Shown here piece after piece: positions 18,245 to 28,781 of a DNA stretch of 64,000 bases (within the stretch, counting starts at the first letter, position 1; every line of letters starts with the position of its first letter). The stretch is from Pyrinomonadaceae bacterium MAG19_C2-C3. Lineage in GTDB: Bacteria > Acidobacteriota > Blastocatellia > Pyrinomonadales > Pyrinomonadaceae. The stretch covers positions 509-64,508 of the forward strand of contig JANDLT010000024.1 in assembly GCA_024330265.1 (NCBI GenBank). Reading direction: 5' to 3'. Under the pieces are notes generated by a model. The model saw nothing but the letters and a program-made list of their open reading frames with translations. It made no database searches and had not been told where the DNA came from. Both the position numbers and the translations under genes were made by a program.

Positions 18245-19669
18245 ATGTTTCCCAGTCACAGTCGTATTCCCCGGACACGTCTTTCAAGCATCAACCGATG
18301 CGTCGCTTCAATCCACGTCGTAATGCTTCTGGCAGCGATGGCAATCGGAGTCAACGCCCAAGGCACATTTAATAGCGGCTCGACCGGAGCGGATGGAGCA
18401 TTCAACCCGCCGCATAACTTCCGGCTTCAGATACCTGAAAGCGGCATCCTCAATTTCACGACCATTACTATCAACGGCGATCTTTTCTTTACCGCCAACG
18501 CACAGAACACGCCCGTCACGATGCTGGCGTCCGGCGATGTCGTCATCAAGGGGCGTATTTTCCTTAATGGCGGTAGTGCTTTTAACACGCGCACCGGCGG
18601 GTTTCCCGGTCCGGGCGGGTTTCGGGGAGGCGACGGGGGATCAAGCTTCGACAATGCCAATGGCACGGCGGGAGACGGTCCCGGCGGCGGCACGGGAGGA
18701 AGACCGGGCAGTGACTCTGGCGGCGGTGGCGGAGGTGCCGGACACGCTGGGGGCGGAGGTAACGCATCAAGAGGTGAGAATCGGGGTCAAGGCGGTCCGG
18801 GTTACGGGACTGTACACTTGCTGCCTCTAATCGGCGGTTCCGGCGGCGGCGGTGCAAGCGGCGGCGCCAATGGAGTTGGCGGCGGGGGCGGCGCAGGCGG
18901 CGGCGCAATTCTGATTGCAAGCTCCGGCAATATCACATTCACAGCCGGAACCATAACAAGCAATCGTGGTGAGATTTATGCGAGCGGCGGAGGTGGCTCT
19001 GGAGGAAGCGGCGGTTGGGGTGGAGGCGGAGGCTCTGGCGGAGGCATCCGGCTCGTTGCGAACAAAATAAGCGGCGATCCACTTATGAGAGTGAGTGGCG
19101 GGGGTGAAGGCGGCGGTGCCGGAAACGGCGCGCAGGGCTTCATCCGCGTCGAAGCATTCGATCTGACAGACTTCACTTCAAACTCCAACAACACACTCTC
19201 ATTAGGGCGACCGTCCACGGCTATTCTTCCGAACATGCCGCAGATACGAATCGCCTCGGTCGGCGGAGTCGCCGCGCCCGCTCAACCTTCCGGCTCATTC
19301 CACACTTTACCGGACATCATCGTTCCGCCCTCGCAAGCTAACCCCGTCACGGTTGTTATTCAGGCGACGAACATCCCCAATGGCTCCAACGTGCAAGTGA
19401 CGCTGACACCCGACTCTGGAACACGAACCACCGTCACCACTCCACTCGCGGGCGGCAATGCTACTGTCAGCCTCACCCTTCCCACGACCGGCTTATCAGT
19501 CATCACCGCCACGACCACTTATGATGTCGTCGTCGCGCTGGGCAAACCCATGTTCATCGAGGGCGAGCGCATAGACCGCGTCGAGGTCGCAGCCACCTTC
19601 GGCGGCGCATCGCAATTGACCTTCATCACGCGCTCCGGCAAGCGAATCAAGCAAGTAGCGCAACCGTGA
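18245..19669 (+). CDS. Secreted glycine-rich repeat protein (beta-helix-like)
   Basis: AAGGAG ribosome-binding site (RBS) 9 nt upstream of the ATG at 18245. Signal peptide (VVMLLAAMAIGVNAQG). Long GGxGGxG tracts alternate with short beta-strand-like segments (AILIASSGNITFTAG, IRLVANKISG). Confidence 0.75.
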   Translation: MFPSHSRIPRTRLSSINRCVASIHVVMLLAAMAIGVNAQGTFNSGSTGADGAFNPPHNFRLQIPESGILNFTTITINGDLFFTANAQNTPVTMLASGDVVIKGRIFLNGGSAFNTRTGGFPGPGGFRGGDGGSSFDNANGTAGDGPGGGTGGRPGSDSGGGGGGAGHAGGGGNASRGENRGQGGPGYGTVHLLPLIGGSGGGGASGGANGVGGGGGAGGGAILIASSGNITFTAGTITSNRGEIYASGGGGSGGSGGWGGGGGSGGGIRLVANKISGDPLMRVSGGGEGGGAGNGAQGFIRVEAFDLTDFTSNSNNTLSLGRPSTAILPNMPQIRIASVGGVAAPAQPSGSFHTLPDIIVPPSQANPVTVVIQATNIPNGSNVQVTLTPDSGTRTTVTTPLAGGNATVSLTLPTTGLSVITATTTYDVVVALGKPMFIEGERIDRVEVAATFGGASQLTFITRSGKRIKQVAQP

Positions 19670-19757
19670 CGGTGACTGTCAGGTGAAGACGCGCCCGCCG
19701 TGTCGCCGACGAAGACTCTTACAGATGACTAAGCGACTGTTTGAAAAACCTCTGTTA

Positions 19758-19964
19758 AGCCCCAAAGGGGCGAGATTCAATAGCCCGGCGCACCGCGCCG
19801 GGTTTCGGTCAACCGACCAATCAAGCCCTGAAAGGGCGACATACTGCGCGTCGCCAAAGAATTATCCCGCCCTTTCAGGGCTTGTGATAATGCGTGTCGG
19901 TTTCTTGGGGCGTTGTTTCTTGGGGCGTTGCCCCAAGCTATTGAATCTCGCCCTTTCAGGGCTT
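19758..19964. repeat. Nested palindromic REP/MITE-like element
   Basis: Outer arms aagccccaaaggggcgagattcaatagc / gctattgaatctcgccctttcagggctt. Inner arms aagccctgaaagggcg / cgccctttcagggctt. Extra palindromes cccggcgcaccgcgccggg and cttggggcgttgccccaag, and tttcttggggcgttg repeated twice. Confidence 0.8.
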
Positions 19965-20562
19965 TGAACACAGCTTCTGAAACTTGAAGCCGATGACGGC
20001 GCGCCGAAGCAAGCGCGACCTTGCGAGGATTATATGAGTTTCCCTCAACGCCTCACGAACAACCTATACCAAACTTCAACCGGAACAAGAACAGGTCGTT
20101 CAACCCGCGCCCGCATCGGCTTCACATTCTTCTGTCTTTTCCTTACCCTGACCGCGCTTTCCGTCGGCGCGAAGATGTGGCACGCGGAAGCGGCGCGGAC
20201 GACGAAACCGAAGCCGGTGAACGGCGTGCAAGTGACTCCTTCGGAAGTCACGCTGCCCGCGCGTGGGGGCGTCCAATTTACGGCGGAGGTCATGGGCATC
20301 GAAGACCAGCGAGTCGGTTGGAGCGTGAACAGCGACGAAGGCGGCAATGCTGCGGTCGGGACAATCTCCGCCGGAGGTCTCTACACCGCTCCCGACTTGT
20401 CGCCCGACGAGCCGCCGATACAATTCCTCGTCCGCGCGACGAGCCTTGCCAACCCCTCAATGTTCGGCGAGGCGACGGTCACGGTCACGGGTCGCGGGTC
20501 GCAGTTCCGCTCTCCTTCCGTCTCCGTCCAACACGGAGACGCGCCCGCCACTGACACCATCT

Positions 20563-20800
20563 CCTCATTCAACTCGACCGGAGTTTCGGTGATGTTCGGC
20601 GAGCCTCCTTCCTCCAATACCATTCCATCCTTTCTTTCAAACGCCGTCTCAGTCCGCTACGGCACGCCTTCCTCCGACCCTTTTTCAACCTATTTCTCAA
20701 ACGCCGTCTCGGTGCAATATGGCACGCCTCCTACCAATCCTCTATCGGCTTATTTCTCAAATGCCGTCTCTGTGTACTACGGCGCGCCACCGGCACAGAC
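20563..20800 (+). repeat. Four tandem 60-bp (20-aa) coding repeats
   Basis: Peptide units SFNSTGVSVMFGEPPSSNTIP / SFLSNAVSVRYGTPSSDPFST / YFSNAVSVQYGTPPTNPLSA / YFSNAVSVYYGAPPAQTT. The DNA period is 60 (tttctcaaacgccgtctc at about 20633, 20693 and 20753). Confidence 0.85.
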
Positions 20801-23613
20801 CACGACAGTAGAACCTTTGTCCTACACAGCAGAAGGCTACCGATATTTGATTATCAGCCCTAGTACCACACCGCCCCCCGGCTTTGAACAGCCGGATTTT
20901 GATGACTCCGCGTGGCGTATCGGACGGGCTGGTTTCGGCGGTGGTAATTGTGCGGGACTACCCGTTAACACCTCTTGGGGAACCAATTCACGCTTGCTGG
21001 TACGGCGGGTTGTCTCGATACCTTCGGATGCAATGAACGTGCGGGTTTTCGTGTCTATCGACAATGACGTTGAAGCCGTGTTCTTCAACGGAACACAAAT
21101 ATCTTTAGGAAGAAACACTAACGGCTGTGCCAATCGGGACGATTTCGTATATAGAGTGCCGCAAACATTGATTCAATCGTCCGGCAATGTTGTTGCTTAC
21201 CACCTTTACGATTATGGTGTTCAAAGTTTTTTCGACACGCGCATTGTGGCTGACATATCTTGTACAGATAATTGTCCGCAGGGAAGTTTGGCTTCTTTGA
21301 CGTTGAACCCTTCAACCGTCAACGGAGGGCAGCCCTCAACCGGCACGGTCACGCTCGTCAACCCCGCTCCGCTCGGCGGCGCGACGGTGAACTTGAGTAG
21401 CGGCGACACGAACATTGCAACCGTCCCCGCAAGCGTCACCATTCCGCAAGGCGCGACAAGCGGCACGTTCACCGTTTCGACCCCATTGCGTCAGACCGAT
21501 ACGGCGGTCAACATCAGCGCGTCTTACGCGGGCGAAACGAAAGTCGCATCGCTAATCGTATTAGCACCGCAAGTTTTATCTTCGCTTGCGCTCAATCCTT
21601 CGACGGTGACGGGTGGACAAACCTCGACCGGAACGGTAACGCTTTTCAATCCCGCGCCAAGCGGCGGACTGACAGTAAATCTTTCCAGCAGCGATACGGC
21701 AGTCGCCACAGTTCCATCAACTTTAGCCATTCCACAAGGCGCAACAAGCGGAACATTCACTGTGCAAACAAGTGTTGCCACCTCAAACAGGAATGTTCAG
21801 ATTACGGCTTCGATCAGCACTGAGTCGCGTGTCGCTACGTTGACCGTCAATCGTCTTGTTCCTGACTTGCAGGTCACGTTGGATGCTCCGCCGCCACAAG
21901 CGGCGACCGATGCGGCTTTTGATGTTTCGTGGACAATCACAAACAACGGTCAGGCGACGGCAACCGCGCCGTGGGTTGATAAAGTCTTTCTTTCAGTTGA
22001 TTCACAACCCGGCAACGATGCGCTCATCGGCGAGTTTCCCTTTTCAAATTCGCTTGAGCCGAACGGAAGCGCAGTCCGTATTCAAACCGTCAGCATTCCG
22101 CGTTCGGCAGTCTCACAGAGCGGAAGCTATCGTTTGATCGTCGTCACCGATGCGAACAACAACGTGAACGAAGGCGCGAATGAGAATAACAATTTCAGCG
22201 TCAGACAGATTCAAGTCACCAGAACGCCGCGCCCGGATTTAATCGTCGAACCGGGTTCAGTCATCGCCCCGGACACGGCGTTCTTCGATCAGACCATCCG
22301 CGTTCAATGGCAAGTCAGAAACGTCGGGGACAGTTCGACGGATGCGGGAGAGTGGCGCGACCGCATATACCTTTCGCTCAATCAAACGATTGATGCCGAA
22401 GACACCTTACTTGGAAACATCTCGAACGTAAGTTACTTGAGTCCCGGAGAAAGCTACGTCGCCGGTGCGGATGTCAGATTGCCGCGCGGGGTCTTCGGCA
22501 ATTACAACATCATCATTCTGGCGGATGCGGATAGGTCTGTCGCCGAAGACAACGAGAGCAATAACGCGGAGAGCAATAACACGGGAGCCAAGCCGCTCAA
22601 CATCCAAATACCACCGTTACCCGATTTGCAAACTACGCTCGTTCAATCTTCCGAAGAAGTGTTTGCCGGAAACATGTTGCCGCTTATTTGGCGCGTCGAG
22701 AATCGCGGCACCGGCAACACCGCATCCGACCAGAACGCATGGGTTGACAGCATCTACTTGTCGCAAGATCAGACCTTCAGCTCCACCGCCGACCGGCTCA
22801 TCGGCACTCGCACGCGCGAAGGCGGACTGGTACAAAATGACGGCTACACGGTCAGCAACTTCAGCGTAGCTGTGCCTAACAACATCGCGGGTGAGTGGTA
22901 TGTGTTCATCGTCGCGGACGGGCAAGACCGCATCTACGAATTCACAAACGAAAATAACAACGCCAACTATGACCGCGAACAGCCCGGCTCACCATTACGG
23001 ATTATCCCCACGCCGCCGCCCGACCTCATCATCCCGTTGCCGATTAACGCGCCGGATAATGGAACGGCTGCCCGACAGATCACCGTCAACTGGACGGTGC
23101 GTAATCAAGGCGCGTTTGAGGCGAAGCCGCGTTGGTTCGATACGGTCTATCTTTCTGATGATGAAACCTTGAACCCGACCGCCGACACGCCATTGGCGAC
23201 CGTGCTTCACAACGGCACACTGGACGCAGGTCTCGAATACAACGCTTCCGCCACGGTGACGATTCCGGCATGTATCAGCGGAATGTACTATCTGTTCGTC
23301 GCCACCGATAGCCGGAGTCAAATTTTCGAGTTCGATCCTAGCGAAGATGCCGAGGCAAACAACTCAAGCCTTGCCCGTGCGATTCAGATTACGAGCGCGC
23401 CGTCAGACCTGCGTGTGACGGAGGTGAACAACGCCGGGACGGGCAACGCCGGACAATCCGTGCAAGTCGGTTGGACGGTGACGAATGCGGGAATCGGAGC
23501 GACAATCGAGAACAGTTGGGTTGATCAAGTTTATTTCAGCACGTCGGAAATTTTCAATCCGGGCAACGCGCTCTTGGTCGGCACGTTCACGCAGAATGGC
23601 GGCTTAGCGCAGG

Positions 23614-23702
23614 GCGCAACCTACACGCGCACGGAAACAATGGCTTCCGGCTGCCGGGTTCTGAAGCGCCGTCCGCGCAACCTACACGCGCACGGAAACA
23701 AT
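23614..23702 (+). repeat. 28-bp direct repeat pair separated by 33 bp (the frameshifting insertion)
   Basis: gcgcaacctacacgcgcacggaaacaat occurs at 23614-23641 and again at 23675-23702. The intervening 33 nt are ggcttccggctgccgggttctgaagcgccgtcc. Confidence 0.9.
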
Positions 23703-26700
23703 CGTCGTGCCGAACACCGCGCAGGGGGCGTACTACGTCTTCGTCGTGACCGACGCGATTGATGCCATTGAAGAATGCGCGACCGACGGCAACAACATTG
23801 GCGCAAGTCGGACGCAGATCAACATCAGCAACCGCCTGCCCAACTTGCGCGTCACGGGCATCAACCCGCTCGGCGGCGCGGTCGCCGGTTCGACCATCAC
23901 GGTACAGTGGGCGGGGCAGAACGCGGGCGACGGCGACGCGAGAAATCCGTCGTGGATTGACCGTGTGTACCTCTCCACCGATAACACACTTGACGGCGGC
24001 GACCGTCGGCTCGGTGCGGCGATCATCAACGGCGGTCTCGCCGTCGGAGCGACGTATCAGGCGCAAGCGCAAGTTACGCTGCCGATTCTCGCGCCCGGCA
24101 ACTACTTCGTGATCGTCGCGGCTGATGCGGATAACTATGTCTTCGAGGGACAGCGCGAGAACGACAACGCGAACTCCACCGCGTTGACCGTCATCGTGCC
24201 GGAAATTGATCTGCTGCCGGGCAACGTCAATGCGCCCGATACCGCCTTCTCCGGTCAGAACATGACCGTGACGTGGACGGTGACGAACACGGGCGCACAA
24301 CCGACCGTCGGCGCGAGTTGGACTGATTACGTCTTCCTCTCGCGCGACCAGATTCTCGACCCGACCGACCGCGCCGTCGGCTTCCTTCAACACAACGGCG
24401 CGCTGAACGGCGGCGAGGGCTACAACGCTTCGCTGGGTGTCACTGTGCCTGCCGGTCTGACCGGAACTTACTTCGTTTTCGTCGTCACGGACTGGCACAA
24501 CCGGATTGCCGAATCGCTTGAGAACAACAACACGGCGACGCCTGACGGCGTGATGCTGCAACTTTCACCGCCCGCCGACTTGGTTGCCTCATCGGTCGTG
24601 CCGCCCGCGACGGGTACGCCCGGCGAGTTAGCGACGTTCGAGTGGACGATACGCAACGGCGGCAGCAACCCCGCGCTCGGCGTGTGGGAAGATGCCGTCT
24701 ATCTTTCGCTTAACGAAACGTGGGACATCAACGATGCGCTCGTCGGCAGATTGACACACAACGCGCCGGTCGCGCCGGGTGCGACTTACGCCGGGCGGTT
24801 GACTGCCGTACTCCCCGCCGTCAATCCCGGACGATACTTCGTCATCGTGCGCGCCGATGTCCGCAACCGCGTCCGCGAGACCGACGAGACCAACAACGTG
24901 ACCGCCTCCACCGCGCAGACGTTGGCGGACGTACTCGAACTGCAACTCGGCGTGCCGCGCAACTTCACCTTCACGGGCAGCGGCGCGGAGCGGTTTTTCA
25001 GAATCAACGCGCCCGCCAACGAAACAATGCTCGTCACGCTCGACGGGCAGGACGGCGCATCGAACGAACTCTTCACCCGCTTCGGACAGATGGTGAGCCG
25101 CAGCGCGTATGACTTCCAATTCAGCCGTCCCTACGAGCCGGATCAGGAAGTGACCGTCCCGAACACGCAAGCCGGAACTTATTACAATCTCGCCCGCGCC
25201 GACCATATACCGAGCGCGCAGGGCAATGAGGCAGCCACAATCAAGGCGGAAATTATCCCCTTCAGCATCCGGTCTGTCAGTCCAAATCGCATCGGTGACA
25301 ATGGGCAGGTGACGATTACACTTAAGGGTGCGAAGTTCGAGAACGGTGCCACAGTGCAGTTAATTCAGGGCGGCACGGTGCTGACAGCCGGAAGGGTAAT
25401 AGTTCTAGAAAATGCTACTGTCAAAGCCCGTTTCATATTCAGTAACGCTTCGCATGGTCAATATGATGTGGTGCTGAGAAACCCTGATGGAGCAACCACA
25501 ACCGCGTTAAAAGCCGTTACCATTGAAACCGCTACAAGACTTCTTGTGGATTTGAATGCGACGGCTGAATTGCGTCCACGCGTCGGTGGGCAGATGACTG
25601 CTGATGGTGTTCTGTTTAATCACGGTAACGTTGATGCTCCCTATGTGAGAGTAACCACAGCGTTCTCTGGTAATGTAACTATTTCATATCGTCGTCCAGT
25701 AGGTACGCTTCCCCGACAATCGGATTTGACAGGACCCAACGGCGAGTCGCTTCAGTCAACAAATGTTGCATTCGATGGAACGACGAATGACGGATTCGTT
25801 GTGCGAGACCTTGAGCCGGGTCAGCGGATACCTTTTACTGTCATCGTGCGAAATTACGCACGCGGACGTTTTACTGCCGAAGTAGATGTTTATGCCCAGA
25901 GCAAACAAGAGTTTGAAACGGAAACAAGAGCATCACTGGAATTACTTCGGCAAGCACTTCTTGAAACTAGTGCAGTATTACCTACTGCTGAGCAAACGGC
26001 GATAGTTAGTGCCGATGCATGGTGGCAGTATTACAAGCAATCTCTTGTAGATAGTGGATTCCTCGATGTAGAAATCTATGAAAATCACCCAGACTCAAAG
26101 GTTGCCAGTTCTATAAATGAAGAATCCACCATAAATTTAATCGAAGGAGAAACCTGTCCAGATAGATGTCTCAACCTTTACAAGAAACAACTAGCGATAA
26201 TTGCTGGTTTTTATGCTGCTTGCGAGGTGATAGCTGAACTTCTTCCAGCACCAGAGCCGAGAACTACAGCGAAGCGAGGATGTAAACTAGCCGCAAGCAA
26301 TGCTACTGCTGCTGCAGCAATTGTGTATAAATGTTGCTTGTTGCTATGCACTCCCCCGCCACCTTGTGAGGAAGTATCTTTGGCGCGAAAACTTTGTGGG
26401 ACTTTAGCTGGAGGAATAAGGATTTGCGGGGACGCGCCGCCTGCCGGAGATCCAAATGACAAGCAATCCCCTGCTGGCTACGGTCCGCAAGCATTCATTC
26501 CGGTGCGGCAAAGCCTGCCCTATACAATTAACTTCGAGAATGTTCAGACAGTAACTGCCACCGCACAACGAATACGGATCACAGATCAACTCGACGCGAA
26601 TCTGGATTGGCGCACCTTCCGCCTGAAAGAGATCGGCTTCGGCAACTATCGCGTCACGGTTCCCGAAAACCGCGCGTTCTTCCTGCAGCGCGTTCAACTT

Positions 26701-27483
26701 GGCGCGGAGTTCAATAACTTGCTCGGCGACATCAGCGCGGGCGTGGACATTGCGACGGGACAAGTAACATGGACGCTGACGGCGATTGATCCGGCGACGG
26801 GCGAGCAGCCAAACAGCGCGTTGCTTGGACTCCTGCCGCCGAACGACGAGACGAATCGCGGGCAAGGCTTCGTGACCTACACGATACAACCGAAGGCGAA
26901 CGCGCCGACCGGAACAATCATTACCAACAACGCGACGATCATCTTCGACACCGAAGAACCGATCACCACCAACACCGTCAGCAACACGCTTGATGCCGAC
27001 TCGCCCACCAGTCGCGTCTCCGCCTTGCCGTCCTCATCCCCGTCATCCACCTTTACCATACAGTGGTCAGGCGATGATCCGGCGGGCGGTTCGGGCTTGC
27101 AGAGCTACGACATCTGGGTTTCGGAAAACGGCGGTTCGTACCAACCCTTCGTCACCGCCACGACCGACACGAGCGCGCAATTCACGGGGCGGCTTGGAAG
27201 TTCCTACCGCTTCTACAGCGTCGCGCGTGACAACGCGGGCAACGTCGAGGCGACTCCGGCGATGGCTGACGCGACGATCAGGGTGGGAAGCAAAGGGCGT
27301 CAGTCGAGGCGTCCCCGCAGACGTTAGGTTGTGTTGACATTTGGCATCAGTGTCAGAACCGCCTGCGGTAGCGGGCGGGTTCTTCGCCGGACATAGGGCG
27401 GGGGTGACGTGTCTCAAAACCTCACAGGAGCATCGCCAATGCCACGACCCGGAAAGAGTTGACTCTCTAGTTGTCAACGATCA

Positions 27484-28731
27484 TCACTGCGTGCTCGTCA
27501 GTTCGCGCCATGTCAGCGGTTGGTTGCCCGAATCAAGGCGCACCATAGAGATGCAGCCCGGAACGGGGCAGACGAGATGGCATAGATTGCAGCCGACGCA
27601 TTCGCTTTCATCAACAATCGGGTAACGACTGCCGTTTAATTCAGTGAACGGGATGCATTGATGCGCGCCGTCTTCACAGGCGATGTGGCAGAGGTTGCAC
27701 TGAATACATTTGTTGTGGTCAATACGCGCGACTGTTTTGTAATTGAGATCAAGCGCGCCCCAATCCGTGACGCGCGGAACGCTTCTGCCGATGATTTCGT
27801 TGACGCTCGCAAAACCTTTCTCATCGAGGTAGTTCGAGAGTCCGTCAATCATGTCCTCGACGATGCGATAACCGTAGTGCATCACGGCGGTGCAAACCTG
27901 CACGTTCGTCGCGCCGAGCAAGAGAAACTCCGCCGCGTCGCGCCATGTCGCGATGCCGCCGATGCCGCTAATCGGTATGTTCACCTTTTCGTCGCGCGCC
28001 AACTCCGAAACCATATTGAGCGCAATCGGCTTCACCGCCGGACCACAATAGCCGCCATGCGCCGCCATGCCATTCACGTTCGGGTGCGGAATCATCGTGT
28101 CGAGGTCAACGCCGATAATCGAGTTGATCGTATTGATGAGCGAGATTGCGTCAGCACCGCCTTTAACGGCGGCGTGAGCGGGCGGCGTGATGCTCGTCAC
28201 GTTCGGCGTAAGTTTGACGATCACGGGAAGCTGCGTCGCTTCCTTGACCCACTCCGTCACCATGCACGTATATTCCGGGACTTGCCCCATCGCCGCGCCC
28301 ATGCCGCGTTCGCTCATTCCATGCGGACAACCAAAGTTTAATTCCACTCCGTCCGCGCCCGTGTCCTCAACCTGCCGCGCAATCTCATGCCACGCTTCGC
28401 GTTTCGATTCGACCATCAGCGAAATTATCAAAGCGTGCTTCGGATACTTGCGCTTGCACTCGCGTATCTCTTTGAGATTCACATCCAAAGGGCGATCCGT
28501 GATGAGTTCGATGTTATTCAAGCCCATCATCCGCGACGATCCCGTATCAACCGAAGCGAGTCGTGAACAGACATTGACAATCGGCTCGCCCAAAGTCTTC
28601 CACACCGCCCCGCCCCATCCCGCATCGAACGCACGTTCGACCATCGAACCCATGTTCGTCGGCGGCGCACTCGCCAGCCAGAAAGGGTTGGGCGATTCGA
28701 TACCTGCAAAATTTACACTTAAATTTGCCAT
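27484..28731 (-). CDS. preA: NAD-dependent dihydropyrimidine dehydrogenase subunit PreA
   Basis: DHOD-like TIM barrel (FGCPHGMSERGMGAA, SGIGGI) plus a C-terminal 2x[4Fe-4S] region (CIQCNLCHIACED; CVGCNLCHLVCP). Confidence 0.9.
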   Translation of the reverse strand: MANLSVNFAGIESPNPFWLASAPPTNMGSMVERAFDAGWGGAVWKTLGEPIVNVCSRLASVDTGSSRMMGLNNIELITDRPLDVNLKEIRECKRKYPKHALIISLMVESKREAWHEIARQVEDTGADGVELNFGCPHGMSERGMGAAMGQVPEYTCMVTEWVKEATQLPVIVKLTPNVTSITPPAHAAVKGGADAISLINTINSIIGVDLDTMIPHPNVNGMAAHGGYCGPAVKPIALNMVSELARDEKVNIPISGIGGIATWRDAAEFLLLGATNVQVCTAVMHYGYRIVEDMIDGLSNYLDEKGFASVNEIIGRSVPRVTDWGALDLNYKTVARIDHNKCIQCNLCHIACEDGAHQCIPFTELNGSRYPIVDESECVGCNLCHLVCPVPGCISMVRLDSGNQPLTWRELTSTQ

Positions 28732-28781
28732 AAGTTTCGTTCAGAATTACGCCTTGAGGCGTGACAACCTAAAATTGAAAT

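Larger units (their letters stand above)
20034..27327 (+). pseudogene. Giant surface protein (Big_2, 20-aa repeats, Ig-like pairs, at least 8 CARDB domains, PPC-like, IPT-like, Cys-rich segment, C-terminal conserved repeat domains), split into two ORFs by a 61-bp insertion
   Basis: Track ORFs 20034..23762 and 23707..27327 are one gene. Removing 61 bp (23614-23674) restores the frame so that ...GATYTRTET continues as IVVPNTAQGAYYVFVVTD, a normal CARDB continuation. The CARDB pattern PDLxV...N.G...WxDxVYLS...G.Y...VxDxxNxxxExxExNN recurs. Pseudogene status depends on the insertion being real. Confidence 0.75.

Noticed and set aside
19683-19971. Track ORFs 19683..19967(+) and 19777..19971(-).
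   Set aside because: Both are translations of the nested palindromic element (repeated ALKGR/SPERA-type peptides from AGCCCTGAAAGGGCG modules). They are not credible genes.
23614-23702. The repeat-spacer-repeat arrangement (28 nt, 33 nt, 28 nt) has CRISPR-like dimensions.
   Set aside because: There are only two repeat copies. The repeat is ordinary CARDB coding sequence with no palindromic core. No cas genes or leader are present. It is better explained as a duplication or insertion inside a gene.
23590-23710. Programmed ribosomal frameshifting could join the two adhesin ORFs.
   Set aside because: There is no slippery heptamer or downstream pseudoknot. Frame restoration requires removal of 61 nt rather than a +/-1 shift that preserves the sequence.
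23587-24561. A 324-aa ORF on the minus strand, and many other ORFs of 60-200 aa overlapping the adhesin, the receptors, the GH genes and the aro genes.
   Set aside because: They are antisense or off-frame to long ORFs with strong family signatures. They show the Arg/Pro/Ser-rich composition of high-GC noise.
27355-27386. The hairpin gaaccgcc...ggcgggttc between the convergent adhesin and preA genes could be a bidirectional terminator.
   Set aside because: The stem is imperfect (it has a bulge) and no U-tract follows on either strand. This is too weak to list as a feature, although a REP-like role is possible.
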